From an uncultured Actinomycetota bacterium (lineage in GTDB: Bacteria > Actinomycetota > Actinomycetes > Mycobacteriales > Mycobacteriaceae), in contig CAVVUT010000018.1 in NCBI GenBank assembly GCA_963751485.1, positions 312,970-376,969 of the forward strand: a stretch of DNA of 64,000 nt, read 5' to 3'. Positions 40,582 through 52,733 of this stretch are shown here, one piece after another. The position numbers and the translations under genes are program-made. The stretch's first letter is position 1; each line of letters starts with the position of its first letter. A model generated the notes under the pieces. It had not been told where the DNA came from. It made no database searches and worked only from the letters and a program-made list of their open reading frames with translations.

Positions 40582-41533
40582 CCCCAATACGCCCAAACCG
40601 ACATTTGGGCGGGAAAGTGCGAGTGAAGCCCGCCAAAATGTCGATCTCGGCGCGGGGTTGGTGCGCATTCCGGCGCAGACCGCCGTCGTCGGATCAGACA
40701 AGCACTATCCCGAGGAAGGTCCCGCCAAGACCGTCAGCGTCGACGAGTTCTGGATCCAGGCTCGCCAGGTGACGAACGCTGACTTCGCCGAATTCGTCGA
40801 CGCCACAGGCTATGTCACCGTCGCCGAACGACAACTGAACCCCGCCGACTATCCCGACGCACCACCCGAGAACTTGCAGCCGGGGTCGATGGTGTTCACC
40901 CGCACGTCGGGTCCCGTCGATCTGCGGCACCTGAGCCAGTGGTGGACGTGGACACCGGGCGCGTCGTGGCGGCATCCAGTCGGGCCACACTCGTCGATCG
41001 ACAAGCGCGCCGACCATCCCGTGGTGCACGTCGCCTACGAAGACGCCGAATCCTATGCGCAATGGGCGGGTCTCGTGCTGCCGACGGAGGCCGAATGGGA
41101 GATCGCCGCCCGCGGCGGCCTCGAGTCGGCGACCTACACATGGGGCGACGAGCCCGAACAACCTGGCCAGCGGCTGGCCAACTACTGGCACGGCGACTTC
41201 CCGTGGCGTCCCGATGCCGGTTACGGCCGCACCGCACCCGTCGGCAGCTTCCCGGCCAACGACTACGGCCTGTTCGACATGGCCGGAAACGTCTGGGAGT
41301 GGACAACCGACTGGTACGCCGACACCCGAGAAGGCGACCCCTGCTGCGAGGGGGGCAGCTACGACCCGCGGCAGCCCCAGTTCAGGGTGCCGCGCAGGGT
41401 CATCAAGGGCGGTTCTTTCCTTTGCGCCGACAACTACTGCCTGCGCTACCGGCCAGCCGCCCGTCGGCCGCAGATGGTCGATACCGGTATGAGCCATATC
41501 GGATTTCGCTGTATTTCCAGGACAGGCCTGTGA
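40574..41533 (+). CDS. Formylglycine-generating enzyme (SUMF1/FGE)
   Basis: LFDMAGNVWEW, KGGSFLCADNYCLRYRPAAR with two active-site Cys, SHIGFRC. Confidence 0.92.
   Translation: MTDPNTPKPTFGRESASEARQNVDLGAGLVRIPAQTAVVGSDKHYPEEGPAKTVSVDEFWIQARQVTNADFAEFVDATGYVTVAERQLNPADYPDAPPENLQPGSMVFTRTSGPVDLRHLSQWWTWTPGASWRHPVGPHSSIDKRADHPVVHVAYEDAESYAQWAGLVLPTEAEWEIAARGGLESATYTWGDEPEQPGQRLANYWHGDFPWRPDAGYGRTAPVGSFPANDYGLFDMAGNVWEWTTDWYADTREGDPCCEGGSYDPRQPQFRVPRRVIKGGSFLCADNYCLRYRPAARRPQMVDTGMSHIGFRCISRTGL
40588..40653. repeat. REP-like imperfect palindrome inside the FGE 5' end
   Basis: CGCCCAAACCGACATTTGGGCGGG ... CCCGCCAAAATGTCGATCTCGGCG inverted arms. Confidence 0.6.
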
Positions 41534-41543
41534 GGATGTCGAC

Positions 41544-42878
41544 GTGAAGGACGGCGGCGTCCACTACGCGCGGAACGGCTCGGTGCGGCTCGCCTATCGC
41601 GTGCTCGGCGAGGGCGACACCACTCTGGTGTGGATACCGGGCTGGATCAGCAACGCCGACATGTTGACCGACCCGGATGTGCCGTTTCAGGCCTTCGTCG
41701 AAGGACTGACCCGAGGCTGCAGGCTGGTCGCGTGGGACAAACGCGGCACCGGTCTGTCGGATCCGGTGACTCATGTCCCGCCCCTGGATGAGCGAATGGA
41801 CGACCTGCACGCCGTGATGGATGCGGTGGGTGCGGAATCCGCTGCATTGTTCGGCGTCTCCGAGGGCGGGCCGATGAGCATCCTGTTCGCGGCGACCTAC
41901 CCCGAGCGTGTTCAGTCGCTGGTGCTGTATGGCACGCTTGCGCGGTTCACCCCCGAGTTGCCCGATCACCCATGGGGATTCGCCGCCGATCAAACTGTCC
42001 GCATCATCGAAGAAATCGAAGCCCATTGGGGTGAAGGCGCGCTGGCCGATCTGTTCTTCGGGGAGATCGCACAGATGCCGGGGTTTCGGGAATTCTATGG
42101 ACGGATTCAGCGTGCTGGAGCAAGCCCCACGATGTGCCTCATGCTCTGGCAAGCCTTGTTGGACGGCGATGTCCGAGCGGTGCTGGGCTCGGTGCACACT
42201 CCGGCGCTCGTGCTGAATCGACTCGGCGACCAGGTGGCACCCATCGACGGTGCACGTGCGCTGGCCGCGGCGATGCCGAACGCCCGCTTCCTCGAATTGC
42301 CGCCGGGCCCGCACGGGCTCATGGATGACGTGCTGGCCGCCGAGGTGGTGAACTTCGTTCTCGGCAAACCGGCCGACGAGTCCAGCGAACGTGTGCTGTC
42401 CACGGTTCTGTTCACCGACATCGTCGGCTCCACTGAACAGATCAGTGCGCAGGGCGATGCGCAGTGGCGCCATCAGCTCGATGCGCACGACAAGCTCGCG
42501 GACTGGCTCGTCGACAAATACGGCGGCCGCCGCGTCAAGCACACCGGCGACGGCATGTTTGCGCTCTTCGACGGTCCGACCAAGGCGGCGCGCTGCGGCC
42601 TCGACATGGTTCCGGCCCTCGCCGCCAGGGGTATCCGCATTCGGGTCGGCGTCCACACCGGTGAATGCGAGCGCCGTGGCGACGAATGGAGTGGCCTGGC
42701 TGTTCACGTCGGCGCGCGGATAGGCGCTCTGGCCGGCGCGGACGAGGTGCTCGCCAGCCGAACGGTCCGCGACCTGTCGGCCGGGTCGGGGTTGGTGTTC
42801 GAGAGCCTGGGCCCGCAACAACTCAAGGGGCTCGCCGAGGAACTCGAGGTCTTTCGGGTGAGCGCGCGGGGAGCCTAG
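41544..42878 (+). CDS. Alpha/beta hydrolase-adenylate cyclase fusion (LipJ/Rv1900c-like)
   Basis: FGVSEGG hydrolase elbow; FTDIVGST, VKHTGDG, AVHVGARI cyclase motifs. Confidence 0.9.
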   Translation: MKDGGVHYARNGSVRLAYRVLGEGDTTLVWIPGWISNADMLTDPDVPFQAFVEGLTRGCRLVAWDKRGTGLSDPVTHVPPLDERMDDLHAVMDAVGAESAALFGVSEGGPMSILFAATYPERVQSLVLYGTLARFTPELPDHPWGFAADQTVRIIEEIEAHWGEGALADLFFGEIAQMPGFREFYGRIQRAGASPTMCLMLWQALLDGDVRAVLGSVHTPALVLNRLGDQVAPIDGARALAAAMPNARFLELPPGPHGLMDDVLAAEVVNFVLGKPADESSERVLSTVLFTDIVGSTEQISAQGDAQWRHQLDAHDKLADWLVDKYGGRRVKHTGDGMFALFDGPTKAARCGLDMVPALAARGIRIRVGVHTGECERRGDEWSGLAVHVGARIGALAGADEVLASRTVRDLSAGSGLVFESLGPQQLKGLAEELEVFRVSARGA

Positions 42879-42894
42879 CGCCCGTTTCGACTCC

Positions 42895-42960
42895 AGGGCT
42901 GTGAAATAGGCGACGGCACGACCCTGACGCATCCGTCGCGGCTATTGCACTTTCAGCCCG
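42895..42960. repeat. Long imperfect intergenic inverted repeat
   Basis: GGGCTGTGAAATAGGCGACGG ... CCGTCGCGGCTATTGCACTTTCAGCCC. Confidence 0.5.
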
Positions 42961-42972
42961 CGAGTGTGAAGT

Positions 42973-42986
42973 TAGAACGCGTTCTA
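42973..42986. promoter_or_regulatory. KstR operator TAGAACGCGTTCTA (perfect palindrome)
   Basis: Exact TnnAACnnGTTnnA, 22 nt before the SDR start. Confidence 0.85.
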
Positions 42987-43008
42987 TCGCCGTCGAAAGG
43001 CCAACTGG

Positions 43009-43782
43009 ATGAGCAACAGTAGCGACCGGATCGCCGTCGTCATCGGCGGGGCATCCGGGATCGGCTGGGCGAGTGCGCGCGCCCTTGCCGCCGACGGCTG
43101 CCGGGTGACGGTCGCGGACCGCAACGGCGAGGGTGCACGCGCCAAGGCCGGCGAGTTGGGCGCGCCGCACACTGCGGCGGAGGTCGACGTCACCGACGAG
43201 GCCTCGGTGCAACGCCTGTTCGACGAGATCGGGCCGCTGGACGTCGTGGTGAACTGCGCGGGGTTCGGAAGCCTCGGGCTCATCACCGATCTGGCCGTCT
43301 CCGAGTTCCGCTCCATCGTCGACGTGTGCCTTAACGGCTCCTTCATCGTCGCCAAGTACGCGGGCCAGAAGCTGCGCGAAGGCGGCTCGCTGGTGACGAT
43401 CAGCTCACTCAACGGCCGCCAGCCCGCCATCGGGATGAGCGCCTACTGCTCGGCCAAGGCGGGAGTATCGATGCTCACCCAGGTCGCCGCGCTGGAGATG
43501 GGGCCAAGGGGTATTCGCGTCAACGCCATCGCCCCCGGCCTGGTCGATACGCCGCTGACCGAGGGGTCCTACGCCGTACCGGGCCTCGTGGAGGACTACC
43601 TCGAGAACACCGCGCTCGGCCGCTCCGGAAAACCCGAAGAGATCGCCGACGCCGTGGTCTTCATCTGTTCGCCGAAGGCGGCCTGGCTGACCGGCGAGGT
43701 GCTCGACCTCAACGGCGGTGCCCACCTGAAGCGCTATCCCGATGTGCTAGGGCATGTCATGAAACTGGCGGAGCCGCAGTGA
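43009..43782 (+). CDS. SDR family oxidoreductase
   Basis: GGASGIG, VNCAG, YCSAK. Confidence 0.92.
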   Translation: MSNSSDRIAVVIGGASGIGWASARALAADGCRVTVADRNGEGARAKAGELGAPHTAAEVDVTDEASVQRLFDEIGPLDVVVNCAGFGSLGLITDLAVSEFRSIVDVCLNGSFIVAKYAGQKLREGGSLVTISSLNGRQPAIGMSAYCSAKAGVSMLTQVAALEMGPRGIRVNAIAPGLVDTPLTEGSYAVPGLVEDYLENTALGRSGKPEEIADAVVFICSPKAAWLTGEVLDLNGGAHLKRYPDVLGHVMKLAEPQ

Positions 43783-44609
43783 CTTTCAACGGTAAGCAGG
43801 CGATCGTCACCGGCGCAGGCTCGGGGATCGGGGCGGCGTTGTGCCGGGCCCTGGCCGGCGCGGGCTCCGACGTGGTGTGCACCGATATCGACGGCGACGC
43901 GGCCCAGCGCACCGCTTCGTCGCTGGGCGGTCGCGCGACCTACGCACGCCTCGACGTCACCGATGCCGCCGCGGTGCAGGCGGCAGTCGACGACGTGGTG
44001 GCCCGCACCGGCCGGCTGGACCTGATGTTCAACAACGCCGGCATCGTGTGGGGCGGCGACACCGAGTTGCTCACGCTCGACCAGTGGAACGCGATCATCG
44101 ACGTGAACATCCGCGGTGTCGTGCACGGCGTCACGGCCGCCTACCCGCAGATGATCAAGCAGGGCTACGGCCACATCGTCAACACCGCATCGATGGCCGG
44201 GCTGACCGCGGCCGGTCAGATCACCAGCTACGTGATGACAAAACACGCGATCGTCGGGTTGTCTCTGGCGCTGCGCTCGGAAGCCGCCGCGCACGGCGTC
44301 GGTGTGCTCGCGGTGTGCCCGTCGGCCATCGAGACCCCGCTCCTCGACAAGGGTGCGATCGGCGGGTTCGACGGCCGCAACTACTTCCTGCAGGGCAATC
44401 GCTCAAAGGCGGCCTATCCCGCCGACCGGCTGGCGCAGGACACGCTCAATGCCGTCAGCCGCAACAAGGCGCTGCTGGTCAGGCCGCGCAGTGCGCACGG
44501 CCAGTGGTTGTTCGCACGGCTGGCGCCCGGGCTGATGCAGCGCGCGTCGATCGGCTTCATCAAAAGCCAACGCTCCCACCAGGCCGAGGCGCACTCGGAG
44601 AATCGCTGA
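43779..44609 (+). CDS. SDR family oxidoreductase
   Basis: TGAGSGIG, FNNAG, YVMTK. Confidence 0.92.
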   Translation: MTFNGKQAIVTGAGSGIGAALCRALAGAGSDVVCTDIDGDAAQRTASSLGGRATYARLDVTDAAAVQAAVDDVVARTGRLDLMFNNAGIVWGGDTELLTLDQWNAIIDVNIRGVVHGVTAAYPQMIKQGYGHIVNTASMAGLTAAGQITSYVMTKHAIVGLSLALRSEAAAHGVGVLAVCPSAIETPLLDKGAIGGFDGRNYFLQGNRSKAAYPADRLAQDTLNAVSRNKALLVRPRSAHGQWLFARLAPGLMQRASIGFIKSQRSHQAEAHSENR

Positions 44610-44661
44610 GCAAACCAGGCTGTCGTCCGGACAACGTGGATACGGTAGGCCGGTGGCCCCA

Positions 44662-45882
44662 ATGAAGACGGAATTCACGCTCACCCAGAAGCGTGCGCTG
44701 GCGGTCGCGACGGTCATCGCAATCCTGTTCGGCGCCTACTTCCTGCGGTCGTATTTCATTCTCATCGTCGTCGCAGCGGTGGTCGCTTATCTGTTCGGCC
44801 CGCTGTACAACCGCCTCAACAAGCGACTCGGCACGGGGCTGTCGGCGACGCTCACTCTGCTGGCCGCCTTCGCCAGCGTGATCGTCCCGGTCGGCCTCAT
44901 CGTGTTGATCGCTGTCATCCAGATCACCGAGATGGTCAAAAGCGTTGCGGACTGGGTCCAACGCACCGACCTGTCCACGCTCGGGGACAAGACGCTGACA
45001 TTCGTCAATGAGCTCCTGGCGCGGGTGCCCTTCGTGGACGTCACGGTGACTCCGGAAATGATCAGAAAGGCGATGACGACCGTCGCCCAGAACGGCGGGC
45101 AGTGGCTGCTGCACACCCTTCAGGGCGCCGCGGGCGGGCTCATCGGAGGGATCACCGCCGCAATTCTCTTCCTGTACGTGTTCATCTCGCTGCTGACCAA
45201 CAAGGACGCCGTGCAGCGGCTCATCCGCCAGCTCAACCCGCTCGGCGAAGAAGTCACCGACCTGTACCTCGCCAAGATGGGCGCGATGGTGAACGGCACA
45301 GTACGTGGACAGTTCATCATCGCCGTCTGCCAGGGCGTCTCAGGCGCGATCTCCATCTACATCGGCGGCTTCCACGAAGGGTTCTTCATCTTCGCAATAG
45401 TGTTGAGCGCGCTGTCTGTCATCCCGCTTGGCAGCGGCGTCGTCACGATACCCTTCGGCATCGGAATGGCGCTGTTCGGCAACGTGTTCGGCGGCATCTT
45501 CGTCGTCCTGTTCCACCTCATCGTGGTGACGAACATCGACAACTTCCTGCGGCCGATCCTGGTGCCCCGGGAGGCGCGCCTCGACTCGGCGCTGATGCTG
45601 CTCTCGGTGTTCGCCGGTATCGGGATGTTCGGTGCGTTCGGCATCGTCATCGGCCCGGTGCTGATGATCGTCATCGTCACGACGATCAGCGTCTATCTTG
45701 CGGTGTACAAAGGCGTTCCGCTCGAACAGCACGATGACGACGAAACCGAGAAGTCGAAGAAGAACAAGCGGAGTCTCAGGCGCTTGACGCGCAAGGCGAG
45801 GAAGGCGGAGCCGGAGGCGCCGGAGCCCGAAAGTGAGAAACCCGAGGCGGACGAGCAGACCGCTAAACCAAACGCTCCGTGA
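44662..45882 (+). CDS. AI-2E family transporter (Rv1101c-like)
   Basis: Multiple TM helices; NIDNFLRPILV, FGIVIGP. Confidence 0.88.
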   Translation: MKTEFTLTQKRALAVATVIAILFGAYFLRSYFILIVVAAVVAYLFGPLYNRLNKRLGTGLSATLTLLAAFASVIVPVGLIVLIAVIQITEMVKSVADWVQRTDLSTLGDKTLTFVNELLARVPFVDVTVTPEMIRKAMTTVAQNGGQWLLHTLQGAAGGLIGGITAAILFLYVFISLLTNKDAVQRLIRQLNPLGEEVTDLYLAKMGAMVNGTVRGQFIIAVCQGVSGAISIYIGGFHEGFFIFAIVLSALSVIPLGSGVVTIPFGIGMALFGNVFGGIFVVLFHLIVVTNIDNFLRPILVPREARLDSALMLLSVFAGIGMFGAFGIVIGPVLMIVIVTTISVYLAVYKGVPLEQHDDDETEKSKKNKRSLRRLTRKARKAEPEAPEPESEKPEADEQTAKPNAP

Positions 45883-46660
45883 GGAATTCGACGACGCGTT
45901 TGCGCGCCTCGTAAGCGGGATGACCGTCGCGCTCGCGCACCTCGAGGGTGAGCACCGAGTGCGACATCTTGCCGAACCCGTACCCGTTTCCCTGTTTCGA
46001 GTTGATCTCGATCACCTCGAACGCGTCGCCGAGCCGGGCCTTGAGAGTCTTGAACCGCTCGGCGGGCGACAGCGGATCCTCGCTGAACCGCAGTCCCAAC
46101 GCGCACAGGCCTTCGTTGGCGGCGCGCTGTTCGACGACCTTCAGCTCCGCTTCGGAGAGCCCGGGATCGCGGCGCCGCTTGGCCGTCAGCCCGACCGGCA
46201 ACGACGGCTGGCTGAGCACCGGCGCGATCACGCTGTCGTCAACGGCGGCCGCGAGCGCGAACCCGCCGCTCCAACACTCGCCGATCACTCCGACACCCTT
46301 GCCCGGCGTGTTCTCGTTGAGATCGCGCGCCAGGGCCCGGAGATAGTGCGCGACCGGCCGGTCGGCATTCGTCGCGAGCGCCGCGAATTCCTTTGCCACG
46401 CAACCACGCAGCATCACCGGCACCGCACCCGGCCGCACCGCTGCAGCGCCCGGCGTGCCGTACAGCGACGGAGATGCGACCGTGAATCCGTTGTCCACCA
46501 GGTGATTACCCAACGCCAGCACATTGGGTGTCAGGCCGGGCATCTCCGGGATCAACACCACGCCGGGACCCTCGCCCTTGCGGTACACGTCGTATGTGTA
46601 GCCGGCCGCCGTGAACGGCGAGGCGGTCCATCCGGTGAGATCGGCTTCCGGCGCGGTCAT
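45863..46660 (-). CDS. Dienelactone hydrolase family protein
   Basis: IPEMPG, GVIGECWSGG (Cys nucleophile), HSVLT. Confidence 0.85.
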   Translation of the reverse strand: MTAPEADLTGWTASPFTAAGYTYDVYRKGEGPGVVLIPEMPGLTPNVLALGNHLVDNGFTVASPSLYGTPGAAAVRPGAVPVMLRGCVAKEFAALATNADRPVAHYLRALARDLNENTPGKGVGVIGECWSGGFALAAAVDDSVIAPVLSQPSLPVGLTAKRRRDPGLSEAELKVVEQRAANEGLCALGLRFSEDPLSPAERFKTLKARLGDAFEVIEINSKQGNGYGFGKMSHSVLTLEVRERDGHPAYEARKRVVEFLTERLV

Positions 46661-46668
46661 GGCGGCTC

Positions 46669-47307
46669 CTATTTCGCGTTCGCGGGCAGCGGCGCCTGAG
46701 TCTGCACCGCCGCCGCCAGCGTACGGTACTCATTGGTACCAGCGGCACCCTTGATCGCGATCTGGGCGGGTCCGGTCGGGCCGTTCAACCGCGTGGTCCA
46801 CACCGGCTCGGCATTTCCGTCGCCTTCGTAGACCACCCACTGCACGCCGTTGACGTCCTGCGTGCCCGTCGGATACATGTTCCCGTCGATGGAGGCGACC
46901 AGCTTGTCCTCGTCGGCGTTGCTCTGCGTCAGCGCCAGGTACTTGCCGCTCGGCGCCAGGTAGCCGACGGTCGATGACACCGCTCGCGCCGGCTGACCCG
47001 ACGGGTCCGTCCGGCCGCCCTCGATTCCCGCACGGCTACCGGAGTTGGAGTGCCAATCCTCCGGAAGTGCCGGCACCCGGATCGGGAAGCGAAGCGCGTC
47101 GGCGTCGGCCTTCAGTGCAGCAGGGGCGTCGTAATCGGGCGGCGCGCCAGGGCTCGGCCCGTTGGGCGCGAACGAGCACATCCCGAGCATGCCTGCCAGG
47201 ATGATGCAGGCTGCGACCAGCGGCGCGATCGACCAGAACATGTCGCGTCCGTCCTGCAACAACCGCGGCTTGGCGGCTTTCGGGACGGGCTGCGGCTCTG
47301 TGCTCAC
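46669..47307 (-). CDS. DUF4245-family membrane protein (Rv1100-like)
   Basis: [14 protein letters not shown]..., [11 protein letters not shown]; divergent from glpX. Confidence 0.8.
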   Translation of the reverse strand: MSTEPQPVPKAAKPRLLQDGRDMFWSIAPLVAACIILAGMLGMCSFAPNGPSPGAPPDYDAPAALKADADALRFPIRVPALPEDWHSNSGSRAGIEGGRTDPSGQPARAVSSTVGYLAPSGKYLALTQSNADEDKLVASIDGNMYPTGTQDVNGVQWVVYEGDGNAEPVWTTRLNGPTGPAQIAIKGAAGTNEYRTLAAAVQTQAPLPANAK

Positions 47308-47362
47308 AACTGCCAGTATCCCAGCCGCCACAGTTTCACTTCGTAATGGGAGAATCGCAGCC

Positions 47363-48391
47363 ATGACCCCAGCACGCGGGGAAGCCCCCGATCGCAACCT
47401 CGCCCTTGAACTCGTCCGAGTGACCGAGGCCGGCGCAATGGCGGCGGGCCGCTGGGTGGGCCGCGGCGACAAGGAAGGCGGCGACGGCGCCGCCGTCGAC
47501 GCCATGCGTGAGCTGGTCAATTCGGTGTCCATGCGAGGCGTCGTGGTAATCGGCGAGGGCGAGAAGGACAACGCGCCGATGCTCTACAACGGCGAGGAAG
47601 TCGGCAACGGCGACGGCCCAGAGTGCGATTTCGCGGTCGACCCGATCGACGGCACGACGCTCATGGCCAAAGGCCTTGCCAACGCGATCTCGGTGCTCGC
47701 GGTCTCGGAACGCGGCACCATGTACGACCCGTCCGCGGTGTTCTACATGAACAAGATCGCCGTCGGCCCCGACGCCGTCGACGCCATCGACATCACCGCC
47801 CCGATAGGCGAGAACATCCGTCAGGTCGCGAAGGCCAAGAAAGTCTCGGTGTCCGACCTGACCGTATGCATCCTTGACCGGCCGCGGCACAAGCAACTGA
47901 TCACCGACGTTCGCGAAGCGGGCGCCCGATGCCGGCTGATCTCCGACGGCGACGTCGCGGGCGCGATCTCCGCATGCAGACCGAACACCAGCACCGATCT
48001 GCTCGTCGGGATCGGCGGCACACCCGAGGGCATCATCGCCGCCGCCGCGATCCGATGCATGGGCGGGGCGATCCAGGGCCAACTGGCACCCAAGGACGAC
48101 GAAGAGCGCCAGAAGGCGATCGAGCGCGGCTACGACCTGGATCAAATCCTTCACACCGAGGACCTGGTGTCCGGGGACAACGTCTTCTTCTGCGCCACCG
48201 GCGTCACCGAAGGTGACCTGCTCAACGGCGTCCATTACTACGGCGGCGGTTGCACCACGCAGTCGATCGTCATGCGCTCCAAGTCGGGCACCGTGCGGAT
48301 GATCGAGGCGTATCACCGGCTTTCGAAGCTCAACGAGTACTCCGCGATCGATTTCACCGGCGACAGCAACGCTTACCAGCCGCTGCCGTAA
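47363..48391 (+). CDS. glpX: Class II fructose-1,6-bisphosphatase
   Basis: [30 protein letters not shown]. Confidence 0.96.
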   Translation: MTPARGEAPDRNLALELVRVTEAGAMAAGRWVGRGDKEGGDGAAVDAMRELVNSVSMRGVVVIGEGEKDNAPMLYNGEEVGNGDGPECDFAVDPIDGTTLMAKGLANAISVLAVSERGTMYDPSAVFYMNKIAVGPDAVDAIDITAPIGENIRQVAKAKKVSVSDLTVCILDRPRHKQLITDVREAGARCRLISDGDVAGAISACRPNTSTDLLVGIGGTPEGIIAAAAIRCMGGAIQGQLAPKDDEERQKAIERGYDLDQILHTEDLVSGDNVFFCATGVTEGDLLNGVHYYGGGCTTQSIVMRSKSGTVRMIEAYHRLSKLNEYSAIDFTGDSNAYQPLP

Positions 48392-48416
48392 CCCACTCAC
48401 CGAAAAGGATCAATTT

Positions 48417-49853
48417 GTGAGCGTCGACTCAGCCAAATCGGAAGACGTCGAATACCGCATCGAGCACGACACCATGGGCGAGGTCCGCGTGCCCGTCGCC
48501 GCGCTGTGGCGCGCGCAGACGCAGCGCGCGGTGGAGAACTTCCCCATCTCGGGCCGCGGCCTCGAGCGCACCCAGATCCGCGCACTCGGCCTGCTGAAGG
48601 GCGCATGCGCGCAGGTGAACAAGGACCTCGGACTGCTGGCTCCTGAGAAGGCCGACGCGATCATCGCCGCCGCCGCGGAAATCGCCGACGGCAGCCACGA
48701 CGACCAGTTCCCCATCGACGTGTTCCAAACCGGTTCTGGCACAAGCTCGAACATGAACACCAACGAGGTGATCGCCAGCATCGCCGCACAGAACGGCGTG
48801 TCGGTGCACCCCAACGACGACGTGAACATGTCGCAGTCGTCCAACGACACCTTCCCGACGGCGACGCACATCGCCGCCACCGAAGCCGCTGTGCGGCATC
48901 TGATTCCGGCGCTCGAGGTGCTGCACGAATCGCTCGCAGGCAAGGCACGCCAATGGCGCGAGGTCGTCAAGTCCGGCCGCACGCATCTGATGGACGCCGT
49001 ACCGGTGACGCTCGGCCAGGAGTTCAGCGGCTACGCCCGCCAGGTCGAGGCCGGCATCGAGCGGGTGAAGGCCACGCTGCCGCGGCTCGGTGAACTGGCC
49101 ATCGGCGGCACCGCCGTCGGCACCGGGCTCAACGCGCCTGACGATTTCGACGTACGCGTCGTCGCGGTGCTGACCGAGCAGACCGGCCTTGCCGAATTAC
49201 GGGTCGCGGCAAACCATTTCGAGGCACAGGCCGCGCGCGACGGGCTGGTCGAGGCGTCCGGTGCACTGCGCACCGTCGCCGTCTCGCTGACCAAGATCGC
49301 CAACGACATCCGGTGGATGGGCTCGGGCCCGCTGACCGGCCTCGGCGAGATCCAGCTTCCGGATCTGCAACCGGGCAGCTCGATCATGCCGGGCAAGGTC
49401 AACCCGGTGCTCCCCGAGGCGGTCACGCAGGTGGCCGCTCAGGTGATCGGTAACGACGCCGCTGTCGCATGGGGCGGCGGGAACGGGGCGTTCGAACTCA
49501 ACGTCTACATCCCGATGATGGCGCGAAACATCCTGGAGTCCTTCAAGATCCTGACGAATGTGTCCCGGCTGTTCGCCGAGCGCTGCATCGACGGCCTGGT
49601 CGCCCACGAGGAACGGCTGCGCGAGCTGGCCGAATCCTCGCCATCGATCGTGACGCCGCTGAACTCCGCGATCGGGTACGAGGAAGCCGCCGCGGTGGCC
49701 AAGCAGGCACTCAAGGAGAAGAAGACGATCCGTCAGACCGTCATCGATCGCGGCCTCATCGGCGACAAGCTGTCGGAGGAGGAACTCGACAAGCGGCTCG
49801 ACGTGCTGGCGATGGCGAAGGTGGACGATGAGCGCTTGCGCGAAGAGCGTTAG
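48417..49853 (+). CDS. fumC: Class II fumarate hydratase
   Basis: [11 protein letters not shown] signature, [11 protein letters not shown]. Confidence 0.97.
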   Translation: MSVDSAKSEDVEYRIEHDTMGEVRVPVAALWRAQTQRAVENFPISGRGLERTQIRALGLLKGACAQVNKDLGLLAPEKADAIIAAAAEIADGSHDDQFPIDVFQTGSGTSSNMNTNEVIASIAAQNGVSVHPNDDVNMSQSSNDTFPTATHIAATEAAVRHLIPALEVLHESLAGKARQWREVVKSGRTHLMDAVPVTLGQEFSGYARQVEAGIERVKATLPRLGELAIGGTAVGTGLNAPDDFDVRVVAVLTEQTGLAELRVAANHFEAQAARDGLVEASGALRTVAVSLTKIANDIRWMGSGPLTGLGEIQLPDLQPGSSIMPGKVNPVLPEAVTQVAAQVIGNDAAVAWGGGNGAFELNVYIPMMARNILESFKILTNVSRLFAERCIDGLVAHEERLRELAESSPSIVTPLNSAIGYEEAAAVAKQALKEKKTIRQTVIDRGLIGDKLSEEELDKRLDVLAMAKVDDERLREER

Positions 49854-49902
49854 CTGGGCGGGGACTCCTTAAAATCTAGGCCAGCGGGAGCTCCTCAAAA
49901 CC

Positions 49903-51706
<1,804 letters not shown>

Positions 51707-51761
51707 CGAGCTTGGCCGCCGAGATGGAGAGTACGAACGTCAGAAGCGAGGAGAGCACGAG

Positions 51762-52634
51762 ATGTCGGAATCTTCAGGCAAATACGGGATCCTGGTAGCC
51801 GTCGACGGATCGCCCGAATCGGACGCTGCACTGCGATGGGCGGCCGCCGAAGCGGTAATGCGCGCCGCGCCGGTCACTTTGGTGCATGTGATCGCCCCGG
51901 TGGTGGTCACCTGGCCAGTCGGATATTTGCAGGCAAGCTATGACCAGTCCCAGGAGGACAACGCCAGACACGTCATCGAACTGGCGCTGAAGATCGCGCG
52001 AGACGCGACTGGCGGATCAGACCTCAACATCCAGACCGAAGTGCGCCATGGCGGGGTGCTGACCGAACTCGTCCACGCCTCGAGCGGCGCGGCGATGACC
52101 GTCGTCGGCAGCCGCGGCTTCGGCGCGATCGCGGGCAGCGTCCTGGGCTCCATCAGCAGAGGCCTGCTGCATTATGGCCACGGCCCGGTGGCCGTCATCC
52201 GTCCCGAGCGACATGTCGCCCCTTCGGCTCCTGTCCTGCTGGGGATCGACGGGTCACCGGCATCGGAGCCCGCCGCCGCGCTGGCATTCGACGAAGCTTC
52301 GCGCCGGGGTGTCGGCCTTGTCGCATTGCATGCGTGGAGCGACGTCGGAGTGTTTCCTCCGCAGGAGGAGGTCTGGCGCGAGTACGAGAAAGAGGGACAG
52401 GAGGTTCTCGCCGAGCGCCTAGCGGGCTGGCAGGAGCAGTACCCCGCTGTTTCCGTCACGCGCCGGATCGTCTGCGACCGGCCTGCGCGGTGGTTACTGG
52501 ACGAAGCCGCACACGCTCAATTGGTCGTCCTCGGAAGTCGCGGTCGCGGCGGGTTCTCCAGGATGCTGCTGGGCTCGGTCAGCACTGCGGTCGCCGAGGC
52601 GTCTACGACGCCGGTGATCGTCGTTCGCAGCTAG
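51762..52634 (+). CDS. Tandem universal stress protein
   Basis: VAVDGSPES, VVGSRG, LVVLGSRGRGGF...LLGSVS. Confidence 0.92.
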   Translation: MSESSGKYGILVAVDGSPESDAALRWAAAEAVMRAAPVTLVHVIAPVVVTWPVGYLQASYDQSQEDNARHVIELALKIARDATGGSDLNIQTEVRHGGVLTELVHASSGAAMTVVGSRGFGAIAGSVLGSISRGLLHYGHGPVAVIRPERHVAPSAPVLLGIDGSPASEPAAALAFDEASRRGVGLVALHAWSDVGVFPPQEEVWREYEKEGQEVLAERLAGWQEQYPAVSVTRRIVCDRPARWLLDEAAHAQLVVLGSRGRGGFSRMLLGSVSTAVAEASTTPVIVVRS

Positions 52635-52641
52635 GACGACA

Positions 52642-52682
52642 CGAGGGTCAAATGGCCCTGGCTTGGGGACCATTGACCCTCG
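52642..52682. promoter_or_regulatory. Tandem DosR boxes
   Basis: GAGGGTCAAATGGCCCTG and GGGGACCATTGACCCT upstream of the acg-like gene. Confidence 0.8.
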
Positions 52683-52733
52683 TGCCACGTGCCGCGATGC
52701 CAAAAGCTGATGATCGAGAAAGCGGAGGTTGGA

